Below are positions 37,978 through 50,300 of a stretch of 64,000 bases of DNA, in pieces. Numbering within the stretch: position 1 is the stretch's first letter; each line of letters begins with the position of its first letter. The notes under the pieces were generated by a model that did not search any database, was not told where the DNA came from, and saw only the letters and a list, made by a program, of their open reading frames with translations. Location of the stretch: IMG/VR virus record IMGVR_UViG_3300030107_007800, positions 20,578 through 84,577 of that record; one strand, written 5' to 3'. Made by a program: the position numbers and the translations under genes. This DNA is from a virus.

Positions 37978-39786
37978 TTGCCGTTCGAAAAAAAAGACAT
38001 AGTACCAGTTAATTACACCAGTAGGGATTTTGAATCGATTAAAAAAGATTTAATAACCCATGTTAAAAGATATTACCCCAATGTCTATCAGGATTTCAAT
38101 GAGGCATCATTTGGCTCAATTATGTTAGATACTGTCTCTTATGTTGGTGATGTATTATCTTTTTATATGGATTACAATGTAAATGAGTCTTTTTTAGAGT
38201 CCGCTATAGAGACGAATAATGTAATAAAGCTGGCTAGACAAATGGGGTACAGATATAAAGGGTATCCGGTCGCTAGCGGCATCTTAACCCTTTATATCGT
38301 TGTTCCTGCCTCATCTAATGGAATACAGCCAGACTTAGATTATGCTCCGATATTGAAGGCTGGAACTATATTTGGAACAAAAGTTGGAAACATTACCTAT
38401 ACTTTAAACGAAGATGTTGACTTTTCTTTACCTAGTAATGAAGTGGTGGTTGCAACAGTAGATTCTGCAACGGGTGTTCCGACCGGATATGCTATTAAAG
38501 CAAAAGGTCAGATAATTTCTGGAGAGGTAAAAAGAAAACAAATGAAAATCGGACCCTACCAGAGATTCAGAAAAGTATTAATACCAGATACGAATATATC
38601 TGAAATAATTTCGGTCAGAGACTTGAATGGTAACGAATATTTTGAAGTGGATTATTTAACACAAGATACAATATATGTACCAGTTGTCAACAAGGACAGC
38701 GACAGCGACAGTGTACCATCAATATTGAAGCCTAAGAAAATTCCTAGAAGATTTGTTTTTGAGCAATTGTCAAATCAGTTTTATCTACAATTTGGATATG
38801 GATCGGAGAAGAACTTAACAAATGAGATCATAAGTGACCCTAGCAAAGTAATTATGCAAGTAAATGGGAAGGATTATATTGTAGATGAAAGCTTTGACCC
38901 AACAAATTTGGTGGAAACAGACAAGATGGGTATAGCACCAGCGAACACAAGTTTGACTGTAGAATATAGGACCAACAGTACGAACAGAACTAACGCCGGA
39001 AGCAGGCAGATAAATAATGTAACGGATCCAAAATTTAGCTTTGCAAATGTTGGCAGCTTATCGCAAAATAAAGTTCGATCTGTCATAACCTCATTAGAGT
39101 TTGAGAATGAGAAACCAATTATCGGCAGTGTTTCTACGCCAACATTGGAAGAAATAAAATACAGAGCCTACGGAGCGTTCTCATCTCAAAATCGCGCAGT
39201 AACTGCAACCGATTACAAATCTTTAATATACAATATGCCTCCTAAATTTGGCGCAGTAAAGAGATGCAATATTGTTCAAGATGATGATTCTTTTAAAAGA
39301 AATTTAAATTTATATGTAATTTCTGAAAACAGTAGCGGGCATTTTGCAAGATCTACAGAAAATTTAAAAAGAAACTTAAAAAATCACTTATCAAGTTATA
39401 AAATGATAAATGATACAATAGACATATTAGATGCAAAAATTGTAAATATTAGCATAAAAATAGACATAATAGCAGAAGAAGAGAAGAATAAATTTGAAGT
39501 TTTGCAAACAGCAATTGATAAAATAAAATTTGAAATTCTTAATCATAAATACGATATTGGAGAACCTGTGAGGGTTAGTGACATATTCAAAACATTGAAG
39601 AATTGTGACGGGGTATTAGATGTCGTGTCAGTTGATATCAACAGAAAGAGGGGTTCGCTATATTCTACTTTCTCTTATGATGTTAAAGGAAATACTTCTC
39701 CTGATGGCAGACTGATACTTGGTAGGGAAGATGTAGTATTTGAGGTAAAATACCCAAATTCGGATATTGTGGGGACAGTTAGATAA
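37978..39786 (+). CDS. Baseplate wedge subunit, T4 gp6/baseplate-J-like
   Basis: YTSRDFESIK, ESFLESA...V.KLARQMGY, SQNRAVT..DY motifs; directly follows gp25. Confidence 0.85.
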   Translation: MPFEKKDIVPVNYTSRDFESIKKDLITHVKRYYPNVYQDFNEASFGSIMLDTVSYVGDVLSFYMDYNVNESFLESAIETNNVIKLARQMGYRYKGYPVASGILTLYIVVPASSNGIQPDLDYAPILKAGTIFGTKVGNITYTLNEDVDFSLPSNEVVVATVDSATGVPTGYAIKAKGQIISGEVKRKQMKIGPYQRFRKVLIPDTNISEIISVRDLNGNEYFEVDYLTQDTIYVPVVNKDSDSDSVPSILKPKKIPRRFVFEQLSNQFYLQFGYGSEKNLTNEIISDPSKVIMQVNGKDYIVDESFDPTNLVETDKMGIAPANTSLTVEYRTNSTNRTNAGSRQINNVTDPKFSFANVGSLSQNKVRSVITSLEFENEKPIIGSVSTPTLEEIKYRAYGAFSSQNRAVTATDYKSLIYNMPPKFGAVKRCNIVQDDDSFKRNLNLYVISENSSGHFARSTENLKRNLKNHLSSYKMINDTIDILDAKIVNISIKIDIIAEEEKNKFEVLQTAIDKIKFEILNHKYDIGEPVRVSDIFKTLKNCDGVLDVVSVDINRKRGSLYSTFSYDVKGNTSPDGRLILGREDVVFEVKYPNSDIVGTVR

Positions 39787-41336
39787 TGGGACTATACAGA
39801 TATACGGCTAGCGCGGACAACACAATTGCAGATGCATTTCGTTCTAATTTAATAGGCAGATCGACCGGCTCTAATATGGGTGCAGCAGACGTCCTTGAGG
39901 CATTTTATATTGTTGGGCAAACATCCGCTTCATCTGGCTTATCAACCGAAAAATCAAGAATTTTAATCAATTTTCCTTTTGATTCAATTGAAAGCGACCG
40001 AAGCGCTAGTGTTATACCTGAAAACGGAAAAGTGTCGTGGTTTTTGAGACTATATAATGCACGACACGCATCTACAGTCCCAAAGAAGTTTTATTTGACC
40101 ATTGAGCCAATATCGGGTTCTTGGCAAGAGGGAACCGGTTTGGATATGGAAGAATATTCAGACCAAACATACAATTTGTTAACTGGATCAAATTGGCTAT
40201 CATCATCCAATACCACAAAGTGGAATTCTCCCGGAGGAGATTACGCAGCTGATGACCCGAGATATTTAGCAAGCCAACTCTTTGAAGACGGGACAGAAGA
40301 TCTGAATGTTGATGTCACATATGCGGTAGAGAAGTTTTTACATGGCTCTGGTTCTGGTTTAGCTAGAAATGGTTTTGGCATAAGGCTATCGGGGGGCTAT
40401 GAAGCAGGCTCTCAGACATATTATACAAAAAAATTCTTTGCAAGATCAACTGAATACTTCTTCAAGAGACCAGTACTTGAAGCAAGATGGGATTCCACTG
40501 AAAAAGACAATGCAGGCAATTTTTATATGAGCAGTGCATTAGCGCCAGCAGAGGACAATCTTAATAAATTATATTTATACAATTATATTAGAGGTCAACT
40601 AAAAGATATACCAACTTTGGGTCACGGTGATTTAATACATGTCAGCCTGCATTCTGGATCTGATCAAAATGTAACGCCTTCTGGGGATCCTTTAGCATTG
40701 GCAATTGGTGGAGGAGTTACCGTTGACGGGTTTCAGACAAGCTCGTTAGGTGGCAAAATATCTACAGGAATATATACGGCTAGCGTTGTATTTCCAGCAG
40801 TTAGTTCTTCAATAACAACGGTATTTCCAGTTTGGAATTCTGGCAGTGCAGTTGAATATGGTAGAACAGAATATCATACTGGTTCAGCGATAGATATTCT
40901 TTCATTTAATGCATCAAATTTCAATCCCAATCCGAAATATACATCTCGAATTACAAATTTAAAATCTTCATATTCTAGAAGTGAGAAGGCAAGATTTAGA
41001 TTATTTGTGAGATCAAGAGATTGGAATCCAACAGTTTACACTGTGGCTAGCACAGAAATAGAAAACACCATAATTGAGGATGCTTACTATAGAATAGACA
41101 GAATCGTTGACGGCACAGAGGTCGTATCATACGGAACTGGATCTTTAATCCAACCAGAAGCAATCGAAACAGCATCATCGTTTACTAGATTATCATATGA
41201 TTCGTCCGGCAATTATTTTGATTTGCATATGAAGATGCTAGAGAGCGGATATGCATATACAATAAAGTTTGTTTTCTATTCGAACGGGTCGTATGTTGAA
41301 CAGCCAGAGGTTTTTAAATTTAGGGTAGAAGATTAA
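39786..41336 (+). CDS. Baseplate-associated structural protein
   Basis: SRILI.F, W.EG.G, W..PGGD, KKFF.R......P.LEARWD pattern; coupled to the gp6-like gene; rich in [ST][GA]S. Confidence 0.6.
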   Translation: MGLYRYTASADNTIADAFRSNLIGRSTGSNMGAADVLEAFYIVGQTSASSGLSTEKSRILINFPFDSIESDRSASVIPENGKVSWFLRLYNARHASTVPKKFYLTIEPISGSWQEGTGLDMEEYSDQTYNLLTGSNWLSSSNTTKWNSPGGDYAADDPRYLASQLFEDGTEDLNVDVTYAVEKFLHGSGSGLARNGFGIRLSGGYEAGSQTYYTKKFFARSTEYFFKRPVLEARWDSTEKDNAGNFYMSSALAPAEDNLNKLYLYNYIRGQLKDIPTLGHGDLIHVSLHSGSDQNVTPSGDPLALAIGGGVTVDGFQTSSLGGKISTGIYTASVVFPAVSSSITTVFPVWNSGSAVEYGRTEYHTGSAIDILSFNASNFNPNPKYTSRITNLKSSYSRSEKARFRLFVRSRDWNPTVYTVASTEIENTIIEDAYYRIDRIVDGTEVVSYGTGSLIQPEAIETASSFTRLSYDSSGNYFDLHMKMLESGYAYTIKFVFYSNGSYVEQPEVFKFRVED

Positions 41337-44300
41337 TGAGCAAATATGGTGATAAAAATAGCAAATTAAGTTCCCTTTTTGGAAAACAAAATCCCCAAGG
41401 AACTTCAATGTCCAAATTTGTGGCTTCGGCGAGCTTGGATTCCCTTGGTGATAGAATAGAGTCCGCGCAATATATTCAATACGAAGTAGAAAATAAAAAT
41501 AGAGTAGTTCCAACCGTTAATTTTTCAAGACCTGCTGAGTTTGCAAAATATGGGTCTGCCGAACAATATTATAAAACATCCGTTGAGAGAATATACAAGA
41601 CTTATCCATATGACGGATCTAAAAAAGAAAAACTTCAATGGTCTTTGTCATCTTCTTATTTAGACAATTATATTCTTGAGAATGAATATCCACGAACAAA
41701 CGGGTTTATAAATCTCGCTGGTATCAATGTCTCCTCCAAAAATGCATTTGGCAACAATGCGGGATCTGGGACCGAAACGTATATATTATCCAGCCACCCC
41801 AACTACATTAGCGTGAAGGGGGGTCCAAATCAAGCCTCCCTTCCGATATATGATCAGGAACTCGACAAGGGTGTAGATTTTAAAAAGCCCGAACATAAGG
41901 CTAATTTTTTTGACTCCTCAAATACAAGAGAAAAAAACATCACGATAGATGGCGCATCCGGAAATACAATAGAGTTTTGGATAAAAGATGCCCACAACCC
42001 GATTGTGGGGGGTTACAATAATGTTGTTTTCGACGCTTGGAATGGAGATAATTCAACCTTACACCCCACCGGCACCAACGGTGTTCAGCCCGGAAGCGCA
42101 AGTTACGGACGTATGCTTCTTGAAAGACGAGTCATATACGGGCATCCGGGATCATTTATTGATAATCACCTATTTCACCTTACATATCATTCTGGGACGA
42201 CAGGCGCTGAGAGAGTCCCTCTCTTGCCAGTGGCTACAGTTGGCTACCCAGCTGCTGGGTCTTGGAATCATGTTGCTGTTACTGTTAAAAATAGTGGTAA
42301 TTCATCTGCTGACAAAGGCTTAATTGTAAAGACATTTCTTAATGGCGATCTTATAGATAACTTAATTACCGGTAGTTCTGTTGCCGAAGTCAATACAACA
42401 GGCAGCATTAATGCAAATATTGGCGCATACCGGACTTTTCCGACAGAATATGTTAAAGCGACGTCGTTGTCATTAGGTACACCACAAACTACTTTTGAAG
42501 GCTTCGGTACTATTAGCGCGTCTTTTGACGAATTTAGATTTTGGAAAACAGCAAGAACTGAAAACGAAATAGGCAGAAATTGGTTTACGCAAGTTGGGGC
42601 GGGAACAAACACAGATACTGCTAATACAGATCTTGGATTTTACTTTAAATTTAATGAGGGAATCACCGGAGATCCGAACGCAGATCAGACTATATTGGAT
42701 TATTCAGGCAGGGTATCAAACGGCACGTATCTTAATTATGCCACTTCCTCTGCTGTTTTCAGCCATTTCCCACGCAGAAACACGGGATCAGCTATAGTTT
42801 TGGCAGAAGCCGCCGAAAGAGAATTTAAAGATCCGATTTTATATCCCCACAGCCCAGAAGTCTCTTCTTACAAGACAAGCGCTATGAAAAAAGGACAAGA
42901 ATGGGACTATAGAAACCCTTCTATGCTGTATAGGACGCTTCCATCTTGGATTCAAGAAGAAGATTCTGTAAAAAATCGAAATACAACTTTGGGTCTTGTG
43001 CAGGTGATGGCAAGTTACTTCGACACCTTACATCTTCAGATTGATGAAATGAAAAGGGTCAAAACGAACAGATACATCAGTAGTAGTGTAGATACTCACA
43101 CCAAGCCGTTTCCCTATGCTTCTAAGCTATTAAAAAACGTAGGCTTTGTAGCACCAGAAATATTTGCTGACACTGATGTGGTATCAGCCTTATCACACAG
43201 GGATGATAATAGAGAATATGAAAAGAAACTTTATGACGTTAAAAACTATATTTATCAAAATGTTTATAACAATCTAAGTTTTATTAACAAATCAAAGGGT
43301 ACGCAAAAGGCAATAAGAAACTTAATTAGGTGCTTTGGTGTCGATGATGAAGTGTATAAAATCAATTTTTATGCTGATAACGCAGAATACACCCTAACTA
43401 ATAATTTCGTCGATAAAACAGTAAGAAAAACATATGCGGATTTTAATGACGTTACGCGATTTGGGGCAACTGTTTTTTCCTATAAAAACCCTAGCGAATC
43501 AAATAATTATGGATACATAACGGGGAGTAAAGATACAGGCGCTGGATTTGACAGAACTTTGGCGATGACTGTTGAGGCAGAGGTTGTTTTGCCAAAAAAA
43601 CCGGATCCCGGAGCGCCCAATGCTCATAACAAATATTATGAGCACCTCACATCATCTCTGTTTGGTATGCATTCAGGGAAAATATCAAATACCACTGAAG
43701 AATTGCAATCTGGAGACACAACTTGGGATCCCAATGATTATGCTAATTTTCAAGTTTATGCTGTAGCTGACACATACCAGATTCATGAAAGAGACTCCAA
43801 AAGCGTTCAATTTATTTTAAAAAGTCATAATTCCGTACTGCCGGAACTAACCAGCAGTCTTTATCTGGGACAGTATGAAGATGTTAGGTGGAATTTTGCA
43901 GTTAGGGTTAAGCCAAATGGGTATCCTAATGTTGGCGTTGCAATATCTGGATCAACTGATGCTACACGTATGACATATGATGTGGAATTCGAAGGAATCG
44001 CCGCAATATCCGACTTGGTTGTCAATAGTTTTAAGGCAACGGGGTCAATATCAAACACTGCTGGTTTGAGATTTATGACTCAAGTAAAGAGGCTTTATGC
44101 TGGCGCACACAGAACAAATTTCAGTGGCACTTTGTTAGAGGCTTCAGACGCGCTTGTGACATCTTGCAGATATTGGGCAACCGATATAACTAGTGAAGAA
44201 TTTAAAGGTCACGCCATAGATCCGACATCATATGGAGTAGAAAACCCGTATAGGAATGCATATTTATTTGCAACTAGAGATAACCCCCAGCCTGCAAATT

Positions 44301-47300
44301 TGGAAACCCCAAGAGCGAAGACATTATTGTTAAATTGGGAGTTCGATACGGTCACAGGATCTGACGCTAGTGGTCAATTTGTAGTAAAAGACTCGTCATA
44401 CACTCAGATTCAAGATGAAAAAAGCCAAATATGGGACACAACTCCGGATCTGGCAAGTCTTTTGGAAACAAATCATGATGCACTAGGTTTTGGTTTTCCT
44501 GAAAATAGTGACGATTCTGTTCTAAGAGATTATGTTCCTGCTTACAAGCAGCAATTGCCAGAAAATATAAATGATTCAAATATGATTACCGTGGCGCAAA
44601 CGGATGATATTGCATTTACAAAAAACACACTACCAATTAAATTTGCTTTCGCTTTAGAAAAGAGTATGTACCAGACAATTTCTGAAGAAATGATAAAGTT
44701 TTTCTTGACCTCGAAGGAGGCTAGTGCGCTAGAGAATTTATATGGAGATCCAGTCAATAGATATAGGCTTGATTATAAAGCTTTAGAAAAAATTAGAAAT
44801 TTGTTTTTTAACAGAATAGGCAACACGCCGGATTTAGAAAAATATCTTAATTTTTATAAGTGGTTAGACAATTCAATTTCTGTAATGGTTAAGGAACTGG
44901 TCCCTGTTTCCGCAAAAATGCCGGGAGTTACCAACGTTGTAGAAAGTCATATGATGGAGAGGGGCGGAAAATATCACAATAAATTTCCTACCTTAGAGAT
45001 GAAGCCTCCGGTCCTTGAGGATCCCATTCGCGGAATAAACGAAATGCTTTATAATTGGAAGCGAGGGCATGCCCCGACACCGCCACACGCTACAGGCGTC
45101 CAAGCAACAACAACAATTACAGCAACAGCAACCCCAACAGCCGGTAAGCAGATTGTTTTACGACAACTTTTAGCGGACGGAACACCACATGCATATACCT
45201 TTACTGTTCACAATACAGCAACAGGCGGAAACGTCTTTGCTAAAACAGGTGCTGATCACGGTCTGACGAATTTAAAAACACTCCTCGATGGCTCGGGAAT
45301 ATTTACGACTAGCGCTGTTCAAAACTTGGGTGGAGGATCTTATAGATTAACGATAACGCAAAATTTAACAGGCGTGAACGGGAATTTTATTGTTACCAGT
45401 AACATTGATAACTATACTATTGAGGGAGCTTCATCTGCCGCAGCAGATGGTGTGTTTTCCGGCGGCTTAAATAAAAACCAAGCAGACAATTGTTTTTGGT
45501 GGAATAAAAGAGCAATAAGAACGACTGATAGCTTGTGGTCTGGTGACAGCGATCTTGATGTTGCTCGCAAATTAATACACACTGCGTCAGTACAAGTTTT
45601 AAACAGAACTCTTGATACCACAGTGAGACTGAAGCTGGACAGGATGGGTGTAACCAATACCTTAAACAAAAAGCAAATTGTTTTTGGAGAAACACCTCCC
45701 GGAACCGGAGAAAACATAAAGTTCAGCACAACGACATTCAGTGCTCCAACCACTTGCTCTGATACAATTATTGATAATCCTCGATTTAAATTTAAACCTC
45801 AATTTAAAGTAGAGGGGGACAGCGTTGGGTCTAAGCTTCAAGGCAAAATGGTCTCTCCTGTTGTGTTTCGTAGGTCTGAGGTGGGAAATCAAAACACAGA
45901 CCCTAACGGCTTCCTTAAAACAAGCCAACATTTGCAAGATTATTATTCAGAAACAAAAGATATACCAATGCAAGGTCCGTTTACGGAACAGCACGTAGGT
46001 GGATATCAATACAGACACACTGGAATAAACATTGGACTTGCTTCTATAAGGCGAGAGGGCTGGTTCACGACGGTAACAAAAGTTGGCTCGGAGACCGTTT
46101 ATGTCATTTACAATCCAAGTGCTATATCTAGCGCATATCCTAGAGCTGATTATTCGCGAGATCATATCGCGAAAAGTCCTCTAAATATTAAAAATATCAA
46201 GAATGTAACTAGTTCAACAAATCCCCATGGCGTTCAAGACGACTTGGGGAGTTCGATAGCATTAGGAAACTATTCTCACGATTATGAGATGATACAGATC
46301 CCCGGTAGATCTATAAATAATAAATATTTTATTGAAAATTTAGGCGTTTCAACTGCATCGACAGATTCAACATTTGTTTCTGGATTAGTTGATAGAACTA
46401 TTCCCAACAAAAGCACCAACAAGTATGTTTTCGCTAATAGATTTTCAGCACCGGGAGGTCCAGACACTCTAGGCGCGGGTTATTTAAATTATGAATCAGA
46501 AACATTCTCTGTATACAATGCCCTACCTTACAGGAATTTAGCAGTAAGATCTCCTCTTAATAGCATTTTTCTGAGAAGACACGCGGGATTTGGAGGCTAT
46601 GATTACCAGAGCGGAATTAATTCCACTAACCCCGTTGCGGCATTTCACAAAACTCCGAGAAATGGTGCAAAAAGGCTAAAAGTGACTGGTGTTTCTGATA
46701 TAGGAGCACACGACGGTTTAGGACTAGTGCTTTCAACCGCTTCTGTTTTTGATAATGCTTTTGTGCAGCATATGATCCCCAGAAGCGATATGCAATACAG
46801 TTGGATAACCGCATCTGCGATTATGGGACCATATGGTTATGAGCAACCGGACCCTTCTCTGGCTTCTTTAGCGTCAACAGACATAACCTTTATTCAGGCA
46901 AGTCAACACGCAGCCGTATCCAGTTCATTTGGCGGCGCATATGGCGGCGCAATATTGTCTATTTTTGGTATATCAGAACAAAATCCATTCTCACAAGACG
47001 GCAGAATAGTGACAGATTTTGTTGGTATGAACAACAATGTGTTGTCACAAATAACGGCGTCAGAAAACACTCTTGGCGCTATTTTAAACTCACCCAGAGA
47101 GGCTCCAGCCACTGGTTTTGTGCGACCAATCAACAACGCAAACAATCAAGCAGGAGCGATAGGTGATGCTGCATTTTTAAATGCTATAAATCTTAATAGA
47201 AATGGTGCAGGCGGGTTTTCTTCTTGGAAACAAGTTAGGCAGTCTTACAATCCTTTGGTAAGGGATATGAAAAAGACCAATAGAATATCTTTTGTTCGAA

Positions 47301-50300
47301 CATCTAAGGGAAAACATATCAATTATGACACAAATGGTCTTTTTGTTGATGAAGATCTGATGTTTTCGTACACAGAACCAGCAGTTTCATCAAAATTCAA
47401 ACCGTTGCAGCATAAAATTAATTTATGGAATTACCAAAATAATCACGGCGTCGGTGGTGATCAAATTATAGTAAACAGTAGTTACGGAAATAATCTAGCA
47501 TATTACACTATGACAAACATGCAGGGTGTGCCCGGTGTCTTTGATAGTATGACTGAAACAATCGGATTTTCTCCAGAACCAGTCTCGCAAGTTTACGACG
47601 ACCTCAAGAGATTATACGTAGGCAACGCTCTTGATGCCTATTTGTATGGTGCAAACGCAATTTCCTTAGTGCCTCAACTTATTTACAGAGAAGTTGTTTA
47701 CCCTCAAGAATCTAACACTTTCTTAGCTAGAACGAGAATGAGGCAAAATTATGAAGAGGCAAGTGGATCAGGAGAATTTAATAAGCCACTTGGAAAAGCA
47801 AGAACTTTCTGGAGAGATGATAGAGATGACAGACTTAGGTCTATTAATGAGGCTATAAATTCTATGTCAATTAGGATTGATAGCGGTTCGTTTAGAGAAA
47901 CATCCTATGAAGGACTTCTTGATTTAAGCTGTTGGCCACTGGACGCTGCTTATCCTATGACGCAATTTGCCCCAACGGGGTCAAGCTCTACTTTGGTATC
48001 TCCAATTACTAGCGTCATAACAACTGATACGCCAAGGGGGATGGGCTCTTTTGATATTCCATCGGATCACAAAGTTCGAACACTAAATGGTGAATTATCC
48101 TATGGAAACTATATGTATAATCTATATCGGGTCCCACTACAAGGGCACGGCGTAGAAGCAGGTAGTACGTTGGGAACCTTTTCACCTACAACGGCATCAC
48201 AAGCATTCGAGTACCCAAGTATTGTTTTGTCTGGCAATGACCAGAGTACAGCTAACGGAATGTATTCTATATCCCATTTGAATTTAATACCGGAATATAC
48301 AGCGCACTTAACATCGAGCAGAAACCCTTGGTTTGATTCTTATGATGAATATTCAAACGACATCAGAAGAATCGGAAAAGACTACAGCATCCTCCCAGAG
48401 TTTAGAATTTCCGATAATATGGATTATTATCTTGCAACTGGCGGCAATACAATAAAGGGTAAAATAGTTAATTATAAGTTTCTAGACTTGCCGGGAGCAA
48501 GTTTAGACGTAACTTCTAGTGCTAAAGTGGCAAATGTCCCAGCCACAGTTAACGACAAGTTCTTTAGATTGTACTCAAATTCAGATTTTATGAAACATTT
48601 TGAGGTTATCAGAGACGACCATCTCGATACACCCGTAGCTGATTCGAAAGTAGCCTTGATACCATCTAGGATTAGATTAAAGTGTAAAGCTATTAAAAAA
48701 TTGCTACCATACCAAGGCTTTTATCCAGCCTTGAGGACCGTTCAATTGGGTCAACTATTCTCGTCTTCGTTTGGTGATAGCTTAACAGGTGCATATGATG
48801 ATTTTTCGGACTCAATAGACGTACAGAATCAGAAACTAGCAGCACTAATGCAGCCTTTCTATGCGCCGGGAATTATGTATAACACAATAAAATCAGGCAT
48901 TGCTGTTGATTGGCCGGTGATGACAGCTTCGGTTGAGCTTCAAACCCCCGGAAATGGCACATCGGATACTTCAATTACCGGTACGGAGCCAGTATACGGC
49001 TTTCGTGGCGCAGGAGTTTTTAATTTTACTCCTCAATTTAGAATGCCGTTTGAAGCCATCTTGAAACCACACAAGCATATTCCTCAATTTGAAGAAAATC
49101 CAAATAATGAAAAATCTAAGGCAAACACACCGGCTTATATGTACCATGCTTGGCCACATTTCGTCTCCGCATCTAGCGCGGACGGAGCTAGTAAGGGACC
49201 CGGAGAAAGAGGAAATACCGTTGGTCCAACTGGGTCTGGTGCCCCCACAGGTCAAGACAATTGGTATGGCAAACTCAACGGTTCTTATAGAAGACCGTCG
49301 CCAAACTGCGCTTGGTTGGGCGATTATGATAAAAAATACTCTCTAGCTGTAAGCAATTTTATGTCAGAAGTTGTTGACTTTTTCTTGGAAGAACAACAAT
49401 TAACGTCGTTTGTCTCCAAGCCAGAATCCGAGTTTAAAGAAATGATGTCAGGTTCAACGTATTATATGGACGTTGTATTGAGAAAAACTCCTCATTTCAA
49501 AATGTATGAAGGACCTGATAGGCTTTTTGCTGTTTCCTCTCACACCACGGGGTCAGACTTTGTATACACAGGGTCAGTTGGAGCAAGAGGCATTCACTAT
49601 GGTCCATCATTTATGTCCGCCAGACCTTCTTTAACTATGCGAACACAGCAACACAAGATATTGGATCAAATAGGGGATCCGGGTCCTGCGCCATACACTC
49701 CGCCATATTTTTATGGAAAATCAATCGCTAGAATATCGTTTAAGCCACACATAGTTATAGACCCTATGCCTCCCGGATCTTCTGAAAAGTTTACTTTAGA
49801 CCAGATTCTCGCAAACGCGCAGGTAATCTCTGACACATTAAATACGGGAGATAACTCATTAGGAAAATTTGAATTTAAACTCTTGCAAGATCCACTAGGA
49901 ATCCTGTCAAATAAGATCCCAATGAACTTTGCATCCGGCACCGCAGCGTTTGAAAATCAGATGCAAATAGATTCGAGTGTTAATTTATATCAACGTGTGC
50001 GAGGGAAAAAAGTCAACTATAATATTTCAATAGGTGACGACGGACAACCAATTTATACTCCAAGTACTATTGAGGGCGCAGGGGACGATACATCTTTGGA
50101 CAGGTGGTGTATAGAGACAAAATTTGAATGCCCAGTCTTAAACTTTAAAAACCACTCAGTACAGACTTCGTTTCCAGACGGTAATAAGCCATATTACAAC
50201 GGAGACGGAAATGAGAGAAAGTTGACAACAGGAATGTGGAAAACTTACGGAACAATACCAAAAGATCACGCCACCGGCTTTAAAGAGGGTATTTTTCTAG

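Noticed and set aside
38695-38712. GACAGC x3 micro-repeat
   Set aside because: Simply encodes DSDSDS in the gp6-like protein; too short to suggest phase variation.
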